Positions 8,274-18,848 of a DNA stretch of 60,236 bases are shown here, piece by piece (the first letter of the stretch is position 1; each line of letters starts with the position of its first letter). The notes below the pieces were generated by a model, which saw only the letters and a list, made by a program, of their open reading frames with translations, searched no databases and was not told the DNA's origin. Location of the stretch: the IMG/VR virus record IMGVR_UViG_3300032224_001080, positions 1 through 60,236 of that record. The stretch is one strand, 5' to 3'. The DNA is from a virus. Its lineage: Duplodnaviria > Caudoviricetes. A program made the translations under genes and the position numbers.

Positions 8274-9668
8274 TTATTTTTCAGATGTTATCTCAAATTT
8301 AATTGATTCGTTATAATAAATTTCCTCAGTATGAGTCTTCGCTTTAATCTCTAAATGATATTCTCTTGGGATGTAGTTGTTTGTATCAAAATAAAACGAG
8401 TTTTCATTTGTTTTATCCATTAAAGTCCAATCATGAACATTTACGTCCACGGTTCCTTCCTTAATATATAATCTATAATAAACCTCATCAAATAAGACCG
8501 ATTTTGGAACATCTAAAGATTTAATTGTTACAACCACTTTTCTAATATCTCCTTGTTTAATTTTTTCACCTTGTTTAATTCCAAAGTATTGAATTTTATA
8601 ACGTTGTAATTCTGTTTGATTTTCACCAATGGTATATTGTGATGTAAATGGTTTAGGTACAAATTTTTGACTTATATTCGCAAGTTCGACACCGTCAATT
8701 GAAAGACCGGTCCAACGATCATAGAAAAAACGTTTTCCGTCACATAAATCACCGTCAATTCCTAATGTAACTTTATAAACTCCCTTTTTTACTTGGGTTA
8801 CAAATGGTAATGATATACCACCTAAACCTTCTACTATTGTTCCGGTTGAATCTAATATGTCAACACTTGGTATGTCATCTAAATCATAAAAATTGGTACC
8901 TTTAGTAACGTATAAATAAAGATTATTAAATACTCCAGCCGCAAAATTCTGTCTATTATCATCTATTCTATCATCAACAAACGTCTCAACGTATGGTTCA
9001 AAGAAGGTTTGTGTATATTTTGTAAAAAACGACACAGACTGCTCCGTCATTGGTGTTAAATCTTGAAATGGAACTGAAAACGCTAAACCAAATCCCTCAC
9101 AATCACCTAATGTATCATTGTTTAACATAAGATTAATTTCAGCGGTAATATCAACATCTATGTCTTCATTACCATTATCAAAATGAATAGTTTTTAAAAT
9201 TATTGGATTTTCCGCGTATATCCCTGAGGTGGCCCAACTATCTAATGTAGTTCTATCGTACCATGTTGATGGTCTTTGATCAAATGTTTTATTTCCATTT
9301 GATGTATCGGCATTAACATTAACATAGTCAAATCCAACTCCTTCATCCCAATATTCATCCAAACCAAATAAAATTAAATCAAACGAAGTTGCTCTATCTC
9401 TACCTGTAGACCTTAATTGACCTTTAAAACCTTCATCACCAAAAATACAGTTGGTTAAATGTAGTTTATGTGTAATTTTATCAAGATTTGCAAGTGACAA
9501 CTCACCTGAATTAAATTTATTAAGTAATTCAGTAAAATCTACTTTAAAAATAAATTTAGAAAACCCACCACCATAATATAACTCAGTTGTGGGGTTTTTA
9601 GCTGTATTAACCTGAGTATTCTTTATAATTGTATTATTCTTCTCAAAATAGGAACGTATATATGACAT
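8274..9668 (-). CDS. putative virion structural protein (beta-rich)
   Basis: 464 aa; TATTTATT box at 9679-9686; adjacent to the spike-like gene; beta-sandwich-like composition. Confidence 0.55.
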   Translation of the reverse strand: MSYIRSYFEKNNTIIKNTQVNTAKNPTTELYYGGGFSKFIFKVDFTELLNKFNSGELSLANLDKITHKLHLTNCIFGDEGFKGQLRSTGRDRATSFDLILFGLDEYWDEGVGFDYVNVNADTSNGNKTFDQRPSTWYDRTTLDSWATSGIYAENPIILKTIHFDNGNEDIDVDITAEINLMLNNDTLGDCEGFGLAFSVPFQDLTPMTEQSVSFFTKYTQTFFEPYVETFVDDRIDDNRQNFAAGVFNNLYLYVTKGTNFYDLDDIPSVDILDSTGTIVEGLGGISLPFVTQVKKGVYKVTLGIDGDLCDGKRFFYDRWTGLSIDGVELANISQKFVPKPFTSQYTIGENQTELQRYKIQYFGIKQGEKIKQGDIRKVVVTIKSLDVPKSVLFDEVYYRLYIKEGTVDVNVHDWTLMDKTNENSFYFDTNNYIPREYHLEIKAKTHTEEIYYNESIKFEITSEK

Positions 9669-9691
9669 CTCTTTTATTAATAAATATCAAA

Positions 9692-11215
9692 TTAGTTGAT
9701 TCTAATCGATTTATTTAATATGTCATTTTCAAGGGTCTTAAAAAGTTCTTTTAATTGATTACCCTCATCGTAGTCATACTGACCAACTATGGGCATTAAT
9801 GGATTGTGTCTATGTGTAAAAATAACCTCAATCATCTTATTTAATAATTTTAGTAAATTCTCACCTCTAACTGTTGAAAAAGTTTTTGGGTCAATGTTTT
9901 TGATGTAATCTTGTTGTGATAGGTCATACTGATTTAAATCAAAAAATGCTATCGGATTGTTTGATTCGTTGGTTCCTAAATCCGTAGATAAAAAATAGAT
10001 TTTATCCGACATAACAGTACCAAATGTTTGTTCTGGTGAATTAGGATCAAGTTTAATCCTTTCCTCAATAGATTCAACTTCCTTAACTTCCATTTTAGCT
10101 TTAGTTTTTGACCATATTAATCCACTTGATGGGCCGACTCTTAAAACATTAATATTGTTTAATATTAATTGTCTATTAGTATTTTCGGTGATATCTAAAT
10201 TATTTCTTGTTTTAAATGATCTAGTTGGTCTAAAATAAAATGGATGAACTTCTCCACCTTCATATTGTTGATTTAATTCAGTAAGATCTTTATCGTGTAT
10301 TAAAAATATCTTATCTCTAATTTCTCTATATATGTCGTTAATTGATGATGCGGTAACGGTATATGTTGGTGTGACACTATCTCCTTCTGGATTAATTAAT
10401 TTAATTAAAGATTCTGTTGCAATGGAATGTTCCGTAAAAAAATTAGTTTTAAACTCATCACCATATGGATTTACAACTTTATATACAAAAATCTTTATTG
10501 TTGCATAATTTTCATCATTTAAATCTTTTAATTTATCTACCTCATATTCAATAATATATTTAAGATCTTTATTATCTGAAACATTATTTTTAACAACTAC
10601 TTCTTCAAGTGTCATTTTTTTAGGAAATTTTTTGAGGTATACTCTTGATGATTTTCTAGCCATTATTGGATAGTCCAATAAAATTTCTCTATTTGAAGCA
10701 CTTGCCGCTTCTTTTGATAAAAGTTTACCACCTCTAAGTTGTAATCCATTTTCGGTAAAAAGAATATCAGAATTATTTTTACCATAAACAGCAAAATCTC
10801 TTTCGGTTGCGAATGTATTCTCTGATTTTTTATTAATATATTGACCGGTGGAATTACGTATTTTTGGTTTATGTTTTACGTTGGTACCGTATGTTGTGTT
10901 AGCAACTTGTTGTGAAAACGTTTGACCGTTATAGTCATACATTGTTGTAAACGGTCCAGCAATATATTCAACGTTAACTGTATCCTTATCCGAATTGTAT
11001 TGGATTATTTTAACAGACTGATTTATTTCGGGAATAAAATTTACGTTATTAGGTAGAAATGGACTTGCAACAAATAAGTCTCTGTCACTCCATGGTTCAT
11101 AATCAATTGCCTTCTCTTTTTGTCCTGTATATTCATTATAACGACTAACACGTATTCTACCAATACCTAACGGGTCAACATTATCAATACATTTACCAAT
11201 ATCTATTATTTTCAT
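9692..11215 (-). CDS. baseplate central spike protein (gp5/gpV/VgrG OB-fold N-terminus)
   Basis: N-terminal G.C.DNVDPLGIGRIRV and FIPEINQSV.I resemble the gp5 OB fold; C-terminal THRH (HxH) resembles a metal-binding spike tip. Confidence 0.65.
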   Translation of the reverse strand: MKIIDIGKCIDNVDPLGIGRIRVSRYNEYTGQKEKAIDYEPWSDRDLFVASPFLPNNVNFIPEINQSVKIIQYNSDKDTVNVEYIAGPFTTMYDYNGQTFSQQVANTTYGTNVKHKPKIRNSTGQYINKKSENTFATERDFAVYGKNNSDILFTENGLQLRGGKLLSKEAASASNREILLDYPIMARKSSRVYLKKFPKKMTLEEVVVKNNVSDNKDLKYIIEYEVDKLKDLNDENYATIKIFVYKVVNPYGDEFKTNFFTEHSIATESLIKLINPEGDSVTPTYTVTASSINDIYREIRDKIFLIHDKDLTELNQQYEGGEVHPFYFRPTRSFKTRNNLDITENTNRQLILNNINVLRVGPSSGLIWSKTKAKMEVKEVESIEERIKLDPNSPEQTFGTVMSDKIYFLSTDLGTNESNNPIAFFDLNQYDLSQQDYIKNIDPKTFSTVRGENLLKLLNKMIEVIFTHRHNPLMPIVGQYDYDEGNQLKELFKTLENDILNKSIRIN

Positions 11216-11415
11216 TTCCCTGTATATCTTTTTTCTAATTCCTTATTAACTTTATTATATAAACTTTCAACACCATCTAAATGACGAGTTAAATCTATTA
11301 TTAATTCCTTTGTTTTTTCAAATTCCTCCAATAATTCATCTGCAACAATAACTAAATCTTTATTAGATTTATTTTGTACATCGTTTGCTATTTCTATTAA
11401 TTTTTGACTTTCCAT
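11212..11415 (-). CDS. small coiled-coil hypothetical protein
   Basis: 67-aa heptad-rich ORF, overlapping the next gene by 4 nt. Confidence 0.65.
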   Translation of the reverse strand: MESQKLIEIANDVQNKSNKDLVIVADELLEEFEKTKELIIDLTRHLDGVESLYNKVNKELEKRYTGK

Positions 11416-11418
11416 ATC

Positions 11419-13377
11419 TTAGTTTTTCATTAATGCATATGTTGGAGTTCCTGGAGGTCCAGAAACAATACCTTTAAATGGTGTAACAGCTAAATTATCC
11501 GCAAATCCCTGTACTTGTGCCGACGTAGATAATACGTGATAATTTGGTTCACCGTTTATATCTCCCGTAGGTATTCCCATATTCTGCATTTTTTCAGTTA
11601 TATCCATTGTTGTTTTAACTGCACTAAACCCAGGTAACAAACCTGCTAATGCTAATAGTGGATTTGGAATATCGAGACCACCAGCACTTAACGCACCACT
11701 AATTGCGGCACTAATTGCTGCAATTATTGCTTGACAACTATCTAATCCGGTTTCAAGTACTTTTTTTAACAAAGCAATTAACGCAGCAATAACAAGATAA
11801 TACCTTTTTAATTTATCTTTTAATATTTTTCTTATTATTTTCATTAAGAAATTTTTAAGGTCAGCCTTAACTCTTTTCCAAAATTCTCTAATAAATTTCC
11901 AAAATAATTCTTTTATTGTACAGGTAAAAATATTTTTTAATTTTTTCATTAGTTCTTTTGCGTCCATAACTAAATTTTTAGCCGAAGCAACAAATTGTTT
12001 GTAAATTATAACAAACGGTAAAAACATTTTAGGAGATATAATACTCATAATTAACGCCTTAGGAATATTAAAAATAAAAGATAAATTAATTGAAATTTGA
12101 AAACTTGGTAAATCAATTGAAAAATCAGATTGTTCATAAGCATCTGACGCAGCCTTATTTAATGCACCATCTATCCATTTTCTTCTATCTTGTTTACCCT
12201 CTAAATAAATAAAATCTTCCATATGAACTGAATTATATGGAACTTCATAGTTATTACAATCTTTAAATTTTAATACCTTTCTTTTTCTTGCATCCTCATC
12301 ATCTAAATCAATTCCTTCAACATCATCAAAATCAAAATAAAATTCATCGTTTTCTTCCTCATCATGAAACAAATTGGTTGGAGTTGATCCAGTTAATTTA
12401 CCGTTATTACAAAATGCAAATATTTTATTTAACATCCTCTCAAGATTATTGATTGCCTCATCTAAAGATGGGGCAAAATCTAAAGAATTATCCATACCAC
12501 TAAATGAACCACCCACACTGACACCATTTTTATCGGCAGACGCATTACAAGCTTTTAAGGTCATTAACATTGCTTTTTTAAGTATCTCATTCAAATCTGG
12601 CATCTCCATGTTTGAGTAATAATCATTAAAAAAATCACCAACATTAACATTACCATACTGACCAACTCCATTTCCTTGAGTTAATCCCTTAATTTCAAAA
12701 CGTTGGTGAGCGGCTGCCCATGTTGAAGTAAATAAAGTTTTATTACTTGGTGTTGTATATTGATACTCTAATCCAGTTGGTGTTGTTGTTCCAGCACTTA
12801 TAAATGTTTGATAAAGTCCGTAGTTTATTTGTGCCTTTAGTCCATTTCTTTTTTTAGGGTTTTCATACATTATTTTACCATAATCACTTTCCGGAGGAAC
12901 TTTAAACATTCCTAAAAAATCAATTTCTTTTGGGTAAATAAAAACTTCGTCCATTTCTCTTGTTCCACCCATAACTTGATTGGATCCACAAATCCCATCA
13001 TTTGCAAAAAATGCGTTTTTAACACAATCCATTAGGATTTGTTTAGCTGAATTTTTTGTAACATCAACCGAATCTAATACGTGTTGTCTAAGTCTTTGTG
13101 TTGATTGAAATCTATCAGGATCGTTGACCGTTCTGCCAGATTCTAAAAATTTATTAACAACCGAAACAACTTCTTCAAATATGTTTTTTTTATTTTTAGT
13201 TTTTGGTTTTTTCTTTCCTAATTTAGACTTAAGTTGTTCTAATTTAGTGTTTAAGTTAGGAAGATTAGGTGAAAACTTTTTAAGGGCATCCTCAGGACTT
13301 ATATCAAGATCAACGTGTTTATCTTGATCAACAGTTTTTTGAATAATATCAATCGTGGTTTTTATCTTTTCAAACAT
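11419..13377 (-). CDS. hypothetical protein, probably virion or baseplate associated
   Basis: 652-aa ORF in an operon headed by a TATTTATT box; no family recognised. Confidence 0.6.
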   Translation of the reverse strand: MFEKIKTTIDIIQKTVDQDKHVDLDISPEDALKKFSPNLPNLNTKLEQLKSKLGKKKPKTKNKKNIFEEVVSVVNKFLESGRTVNDPDRFQSTQRLRQHVLDSVDVTKNSAKQILMDCVKNAFFANDGICGSNQVMGGTREMDEVFIYPKEIDFLGMFKVPPESDYGKIMYENPKKRNGLKAQINYGLYQTFISAGTTTPTGLEYQYTTPSNKTLFTSTWAAAHQRFEIKGLTQGNGVGQYGNVNVGDFFNDYYSNMEMPDLNEILKKAMLMTLKACNASADKNGVSVGGSFSGMDNSLDFAPSLDEAINNLERMLNKIFAFCNNGKLTGSTPTNLFHDEEENDEFYFDFDDVEGIDLDDEDARKRKVLKFKDCNNYEVPYNSVHMEDFIYLEGKQDRRKWIDGALNKAASDAYEQSDFSIDLPSFQISINLSFIFNIPKALIMSIISPKMFLPFVIIYKQFVASAKNLVMDAKELMKKLKNIFTCTIKELFWKFIREFWKRVKADLKNFLMKIIRKILKDKLKRYYLVIAALIALLKKVLETGLDSCQAIIAAISAAISGALSAGGLDIPNPLLALAGLLPGFSAVKTTMDITEKMQNMGIPTGDINGEPNYHVLSTSAQVQGFADNLAVTPFKGIVSGPPGTPTYALMKN

Positions 13378-13757
13378 TATAATGAATAGTTACTTGATTT
13401 ATTATCGTTTCCGTCATTAACCAATCTATCCAAAATCTCACGATCTTCGTCAGATAAAGTTAATTTACCCATAGAACCCCCACCACCTCCGGACCCACTT
13501 GTGGTTTGTTTAAGTAAAACACTTTGTAATTTAACTAATGAAATTTTCTTTTCGGTACAATCATTTAAGATTTTCTGTTGTTCTTTAATAACAGGTCCAA
13601 TTGTACTCATATCTTCAGCGTCCTTCATAAAACTCATCATTTTTCTCAAAATGGTTGAGGCAGTATTTCTATTCTCAACGACGTCGTTGTAGATCTCCTG
13701 CATTAAGGCTAACGCCGAATCAACATCTAATGTAATATTGTTTCTTTGTGTTCTCAT
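13377..13757 (-). CDS. hypothetical coiled-coil protein
   Basis: 126 aa; TATTTATT box at 13761-13768 immediately upstream. Confidence 0.65.
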   Translation of the reverse strand: MRTQRNNITLDVDSALALMQEIYNDVVENRNTASTILRKMMSFMKDAEDMSTIGPVIKEQQKILNDCTEKKISLVKLQSVLLKQTTSGSGGGGGSMGKLTLSDEDREILDRLVNDGNDNKSSNYSL

Positions 13758-13771
13758 ATCAATAAATAGAT

Positions 13772-14473
13772 TTATTCTAAAAACCCACCTAAAATACCGT
13801 CATATAGTTTTTTATAACGTTTCAGGGAGACTCTAATCTCTTTTGTTGATAAGGAGGTCATTTCTCGTAAAGAGAGTAAAATGAGGTTCTTATTGAATTT
13901 GTTACCGTCACCTACTTGAAATATCTTATCAAAATTACTAAAGATTTCAAGTAGTGCGTAACCTAACTTTCTCTCATTATCAGATAGATTTTTCTCTTTT
14001 TCCACAAAATTTTCTAAATCAATTGTAAGTTTAGTAATAACCGAACTATAATCAATTACAAATTCATCAATTACATATGATAAGTCTTTACTATCTTCAA
14101 AATCTGAAGATATATCATCATACGATACTTGTCTATTTTGTTCTTTTGTATCTTTCTGTATTGCACCCATAAGGTAGTTTTTACAGATAGTTCCAAAGTA
14201 TGAATATGCTTTAGTATTTTTTGTGTGATCAAACTTGTTGATCTTAGTTATAAGGAAAGACATTGTATCGGTATGAATTTCTTCAAATTCCATATCTTTT
14301 CTATAAAGTTTATAACGTCGAATAATTGATTCGACCATTATAATTAGGGGTTCACGTAAATATTCATTGAATATCTTATTTTTTTCTGTTTCGTCAGTAC
14401 TTTCTAAGTAATTGACTACCGCCTTCTCTTGATCCTCCCCAAAATATATTTTTTGGGTTCTTGGTCTTGGCAT
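13772..14473 (-). CDS. gp55: RNA polymerase sigma factor for late transcription (T4 gp55-like)
   Basis: YF...QEKAVVNY, MVESIIRRY and KFDHTKNTKAYSYFGTICKNYL resemble the sigma region-2 motif of gp55 homologs (FD....AFSYFT.I..N). Confidence 0.8.
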   Translation of the reverse strand: MPRPRTQKIYFGEDQEKAVVNYLESTDETEKNKIFNEYLREPLIIMVESIIRRYKLYRKDMEFEEIHTDTMSFLITKINKFDHTKNTKAYSYFGTICKNYLMGAIQKDTKEQNRQVSYDDISSDFEDSKDLSYVIDEFVIDYSSVITKLTIDLENFVEKEKNLSDNERKLGYALLEIFSNFDKIFQVGDGNKFNKNLILLSLREMTSLSTKEIRVSLKRYKKLYDGILGGFLE

Positions 14474-15252
14474 TAAGCTATTTCATAATTTACATCTCGT
14501 TTATTTTTAAAGAAAAATTCTTTCTTTGCGGTCTCCAACCAAAATTTAGCTTCATCTTCACTAACCTTATTTGTTTCATCATTTTTATATAACCAAAATA
14601 ATGAATCCTCTCTAAAATTTAAGTGCTGATATCCTACTTTTGGTACAGTCATAATCTTAACATTGTTATGTGTTAATCTTAATAAAAACTCATATCCAAA
14701 TGTTAATTTAATATTTTCTTTTAATGAACCATTATCTTTAATAACTTGTGTTTTATAAAGTCCACCACTAATTTGATAATTTTGGAAATCTAATAATACT
14801 TCATTGTCTAATAAACCTTGTTTTTCTGTAAATCCATACGCCCATGTTGATTCGTTTGTGAAACTTACAAAGTTACCATCAGTATTTATATCTTTAACTA
14901 CCGGTAAAAATACATCAACGTCTGTATATGTTTTAACATACTCGTTTGTTGATTTTAACCAAATTGATTTATATTCATCATCAATTTCTAAAATACTAAA
15001 CCATTCAGTATCACATTTTTCAATACCCAAATTAACTTGAGAACAAAAATCTGTTTTAGTGTTATTAGTTACTATGTTTACTTCTAATACTTCTGAAATA
15101 TTTGTCAATTCAGATTTAACTGAAGGAGGACAAACAATCATTAATTTGACATCTTCGTGAAATTGTTCCACGGATTTAATTGCGTTATCTAACATTACAC
15201 GATAACTCTCTTCAATCCTATGTACAGGTAAAATTACTGTTATATTTTTCAT
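14473..15252 (-). CDS. glycosyltransferase, GT-A fold (GT2-like)
   Basis: ITVILPVH, AIKSV, VNLGIEKCDTEWFSILEIDD (DxD-like), YEFLLRL. Confidence 0.8.
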   Translation of the reverse strand: MKNITVILPVHRIEESYRVMLDNAIKSVEQFHEDVKLMIVCPPSVKSELTNISEVLEVNIVTNNTKTDFCSQVNLGIEKCDTEWFSILEIDDEYKSIWLKSTNEYVKTYTDVDVFLPVVKDINTDGNFVSFTNESTWAYGFTEKQGLLDNEVLLDFQNYQISGGLYKTQVIKDNGSLKENIKLTFGYEFLLRLTHNNVKIMTVPKVGYQHLNFREDSLFWLYKNDETNKVSEDEAKFWLETAKKEFFFKNKRDVNYEIA

Positions 15253-15253
15253 A

Positions 15254-16309
15254 TTATTCTTGTTCTTTTTTTAGATTTTCTAATGCCTTTGTAAATGTCT
15301 CAACTCTTTTATTTGTAAATGAATTGAAAACTGATAAGATATTATTTTTAGTTATTTCAGTTTCATATGGTAATAAAGTATCTTTCATTTTTTGTTTAAC
15401 TTCGTCAGTTAATTCAACACCGTCTAACCATGCTAAAACAAATGTCCCTAAAATATCAACTAATTTATTTTCATCATAAGTCCACATACCATTTTCACTT
15501 AACCAATCTGGTTCGGTACTTGGTATTTTACCAATAATCGGAACACCTGATTTCATTGATTCTAATGGGAATGTGCCAAATGTTGATTCGTCATCCGCCC
15601 ATAATGAAACCATACAATCTTTTAGTCCTTCTGAGAATTCTTCATATGTCATTTGTACCATATCTTTAAAAGTGATCCAACGTAAATGTGGATATTTTAA
15701 ATAAAATTCAGAAATGAATTTTCTATGTTTAACTCTATCTCTACAACTAATTGCAATAAAAGGTTTTACAATACCTTCAGTAGGTTTAAAATTATCACCA
15801 ATAATTGGAGAGATTATATGGACTAATATTTCAGGAAAAATTTCTTGAATGTACTTTTTTGATTCTTCAGTTGTTACGATTGCTCGATCAAAACCATAAT
15901 CACTCCAACGACTACCAACTGGTAACGTTTCAAAAATATATTCTTTTTGTTGTATCAACATAACTTTAGTACATCTTACGTTTGCCAATTGTTGTAAAAC
16001 ATTTGAATAATATTCGGGAACAACAATAACGTCATCGATTGAAATATTAATCTTATCTTCTTTAATTGATACCAATTCTAAAACATCGTATTTTTCACCC
16101 AACCATTCTGGTTTGATGTATGATTTATCTTCCGTTAAAATTTTTGGATTAGATCCCGTTTCTTTTAACGTTAAAGCCATATCATAGATATGTTTAATTG
16201 CAGCTCTAGCATTATTTTTAGTGTCGTATGTTAAAAAATATATAACGTTTTCTTTTGTTTCTAACCTTCCTAAGGCTGATTCAAGTTTTTCTATGTTTTC
16301 TTTACTCAT
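15254..16309 (-). CDS. glycosyltransferase, GT-B fold (GT4-like)
   Basis: DVIVVPE near the N-terminus and STFGTFPLESMKSGVPIIG, matching the GT4-type E.FG...LEAM..G.P motif. Confidence 0.75.
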   Translation of the reverse strand: MSKENIEKLESALGRLETKENVIYFLTYDTKNNARAAIKHIYDMALTLKETGSNPKILTEDKSYIKPEWLGEKYDVLELVSIKEDKINISIDDVIVVPEYYSNVLQQLANVRCTKVMLIQQKEYIFETLPVGSRWSDYGFDRAIVTTEESKKYIQEIFPEILVHIISPIIGDNFKPTEGIVKPFIAISCRDRVKHRKFISEFYLKYPHLRWITFKDMVQMTYEEFSEGLKDCMVSLWADDESTFGTFPLESMKSGVPIIGKIPSTEPDWLSENGMWTYDENKLVDILGTFVLAWLDGVELTDEVKQKMKDTLLPYETEITKNNILSVFNSFTNKRVETFTKALENLKKEQE

Positions 16310-16586
16310 CTTCGTCTTCTATTAAAATTTGATTTTTTATTAATGTGTTAAATGCAATTCTGAAAGATACTGATGTTCCTTCTTGTGCAAATTTTCCAAG
16401 TCCTTCGTCAACTTCGTCGATTTCACCTAAAACTCTATCCAAACACATTTTTATAATTTCGTATTTGAATATGTTTACTTCGGTTACTTCAGTTCCGTCT
16501 TCGTCTGGAATTGTTCCTCCTGTTCTACACTTCTCTGTGATTCCGTCAAGGTCAATGTAGTAGTTTTTTCCAAAGATTTCAACCAT
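16302..16586 (-). CDS. hypothetical protein
   Basis: 94-aa ORF coupled to the downstream GT; its 5' part is overlapped by the upstream HAD-like ORF. Confidence 0.65.
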   Translation of the reverse strand: MVEIFGKNYYIDLDGITEKCRTGGTIPDEDGTEVTEVNIFKYEIIKMCLDRVLGEIDEVDEGLGKFAQEGTSVSFRIAFNTLIKNQILIEDEDE

Positions 16587-17170
16587 GGTTCTTTTATTTC
16601 TATTAATTTAGATATTTCTTTACCATAAGTAAAGAATTGATTATAAGTGGTATTGAATTTAATTCCAGTTTTATTCTCAGGAATTAAGTCAATAATCTTT
16701 TTATTGTCGGTGATCCATACATCGCATTGTTTCCAATTATCTTCAATATCTTTTGTTTTAATAAATTTAATATTATTACCAAGATACCCATTTTTAGATA
16801 AAAAGAATAATGTTGCAGGTTTAGATTTACCTAATTCATCTAACCCAACTAATGTAAAATTATGTTCGGGGTTATCAAATAAAATTTTGTGTAAATCGGT
16901 AAAAGTAGTTGAATAACTTAATCCAGCATGACCAAATATTTCAATTGGATATTCAATGAATAAAAAGTTTTCAAACTCTTCTTGTGATTGAAATTTGTAA
17001 GAATTTAAAAGATTATCATTTTGAATAGGTTCAGTAACCGCATATTCAAATGTGTTTTCTTCTTCACCTTCAATTATAATGTCACTATTAAAATATGATT
17101 CATTATAATGATAATCAAACTTTTGAATTGTATTTCTTAAAACACCGTCGATACTAATATATATTTCCAT
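16484..17170 (-). CDS. HAD-superfamily 5'(3')-nucleotidase-like protein with a degenerate motif I
   Basis: MEIYISIDGVLRN (DxDGV with Asp replaced by Ser), ATLFFL, CDVWITDN, FNTTYN. The ATG at 17170 is preferred over the TTG at 17185. Confidence 0.6.
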   Translation of the reverse strand: MEIYISIDGVLRNTIQKFDYHYNESYFNSDIIIEGEEENTFEYAVTEPIQNDNLLNSYKFQSQEEFENFLFIEYPIEIFGHAGLSYSTTFTDLHKILFDNPEHNFTLVGLDELGKSKPATLFFLSKNGYLGNNIKFIKTKDIEDNWKQCDVWITDNKKIIDLIPENKTGIKFNTTYNQFFTYGKEISKLIEIKEPWLKSLEKTTTLTLTESQRSVEQEEQFQTKTELK

Positions 17171-17207
17171 TGTAAAAATATACAACGAATTGAATTATAA
17201 GTAAATA

Positions 17208-17942
17208 CTAATCGTACCTATTCAATATTTCACCAATGATAGGGTTCCTTACAATATCTTGCATTCCAAATTCAAATAAACCGATTCCTTTTACATCTTG
17301 TAATCTCATTTTAGCATCATAAAGTCCCGATTTTGTTTTGTCGCGATATTTGTCTGATTGTTCAAGATCACCCGAAATAAAGAATTTAGAATTAAAACCA
17401 ATACGAGTTAATAATAATTTAATTTGAGATGGTGTTGCATTTTGAGCCTCTTCAAAAACAAGAATAGTATTGTCTACATTCCAACCTCTCATATAAGCAA
17501 GTGCCGCAACTTCAATATAACCTTGATCTTTTAATTCTTCACGAGCCTCTTTACCAATAATCTTATTTAAAAGGTAATATGATGGATATATGTATGGATC
17601 TAATTTCTCTTCTAAACCACCTGGAAGTGACCCTAATTTCTCTTCAGCTTCAACTGCGGGTCTAACTATGATAATCTTTTCATACTTGTTAGAATCGTCG
17701 TATAATAGGTCTACTGCACGTTTCATTGCTATGTAGGACTTACCTACACCTGCAGGACCGAAACATAATGTAATTTGATTTTCTCCAAGAATGTTCCAAT
17801 AGGTTTCTTGGTTTTTGGTTAGGAACTTTTCCTTAGGACGTTTGATGATTTGTCTAATCCTATCTTTATGTGATATCTTCTTTTCTTCTACTAATACGGG
17901 TGTTGGTTGGTGAGATGTTTTGGTTCTTGTTTTATACGCCAA
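17208..17942 (-). CDS. phoH: PhoH-like ATPase
   Basis: GPAGVGKS Walker A, IIIVRPAVEAEEKLGSLPG, YMRG, EEAQNAT, LLTRIG, GDLEQSD, DIVRNP. Confidence 0.95.
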   Translation of the reverse strand: MAYKTRTKTSHQPTPVLVEEKKISHKDRIRQIIKRPKEKFLTKNQETYWNILGENQITLCFGPAGVGKSYIAMKRAVDLLYDDSNKYEKIIIVRPAVEAEEKLGSLPGGLEEKLDPYIYPSYYLLNKIIGKEAREELKDQGYIEVAALAYMRGWNVDNTILVFEEAQNATPSQIKLLLTRIGFNSKFFISGDLEQSDKYRDKTKSGLYDAKMRLQDVKGIGLFEFGMQDIVRNPIIGEILNRYD

Positions 17943-17985
17943 AGTAAATAGTTTTAAGGGTTCCGTTTATTGTTAATAAATATCA

Positions 17986-18612
17986 TCATTTTCCTGTAGA
18001 TCCAAATCCACCACTACCTCTTTCAGTATCAGATAATTCAGGAACCTCAGTCATATATATTGTAGGATAAGGTAATATGATAATCTGTGCACCTCTTTCA
18101 CCCACTTTATATTTAATTGAATCCAAACCTTGGGTTTTCTTAAATGTTGCTTGTAATTCTCCTCTGTACCCACTATCAATAACACCAATACAATTTGATA
18201 ATATTAAATCTTGATTTCTAACTGATGAACGAGGAAATACTAACCCGACATAACCTTTAGGAATTTCCATTGCAATACCAAAACCATACGATACACTAAA
18301 TGATGTATTTTCAATTTCTTTTGTGATTGTTAAATCCATACCAGCATCACCAACTTTTGAGTATGATGGGATAATCGCATTTGAGTCTAACTTTTTTACT
18401 TTAACTAAAACACCACCACCCGTCATTGTTGGTTGGGTGTTAATTATATTTTGTTCAGTAACAAGAGGAGTTCCTAAATCTTCTTGTAATTTATTTAATA
18501 AACCATTTAATTCAGTAACAAAATTTAAATCAATTTCATCATCATCCGAACCTATTGTTTTTTCAAAATTTTCTAATTGTTTAAGATAATTTTCAACATC
18601 TTCTTTTTCCAT
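17986..18612 (-). CDS. dut: trimeric dUTPase with an N-terminal extension
   Basis: GDAGMDL, PRSS, GVIDSGYRGE, AQIII, TERGSGGFGSTG. Confidence 0.95.
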   Translation of the reverse strand: MEKEDVENYLKQLENFEKTIGSDDDEIDLNFVTELNGLLNKLQEDLGTPLVTEQNIINTQPTMTGGGVLVKVKKLDSNAIIPSYSKVGDAGMDLTITKEIENTSFSVSYGFGIAMEIPKGYVGLVFPRSSVRNQDLILSNCIGVIDSGYRGELQATFKKTQGLDSIKYKVGERGAQIIILPYPTIYMTEVPELSDTERGSGGFGSTGK

Positions 18613-18613
18613 A

Positions 18614-18829
18614 CTATTTGTTTTTCTTTTCTTCCAACCATTTATCTAATGCCTTAATTCTTTGTTTAAGGTTATCATCTTGTGGACGTAAACATATCTC
18701 CACAAATAAATCGGTAATTCTTACCAATTCCTCTAAAGTAACTGAAACACCAACTGATGTTACATATTCCAATGCCATTTTACTTTGCGATTGACGCATA
18801 ATTTGTATTTCACGACTATAGAATTCCAT
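18614..18829 (-). CDS. hypothetical protein
   Basis: 71-aa ORF in the operon. Confidence 0.65.
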   Translation of the reverse strand: MEFYSREIQIMRQSQSKMALEYVTSVGVSVTLEELVRITDLFVEICLRPQDDNLKQRIKALDKWLEEKKNK

Positions 18830-18848
18830 ATCAGTTGGTGTTTAATTG

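Noticed and set aside
13377-13757. Possible terminase small subunit
   Set aside because: Only size and coiled-coil character fit; there is no diagnostic motif and no large subunit nearby.
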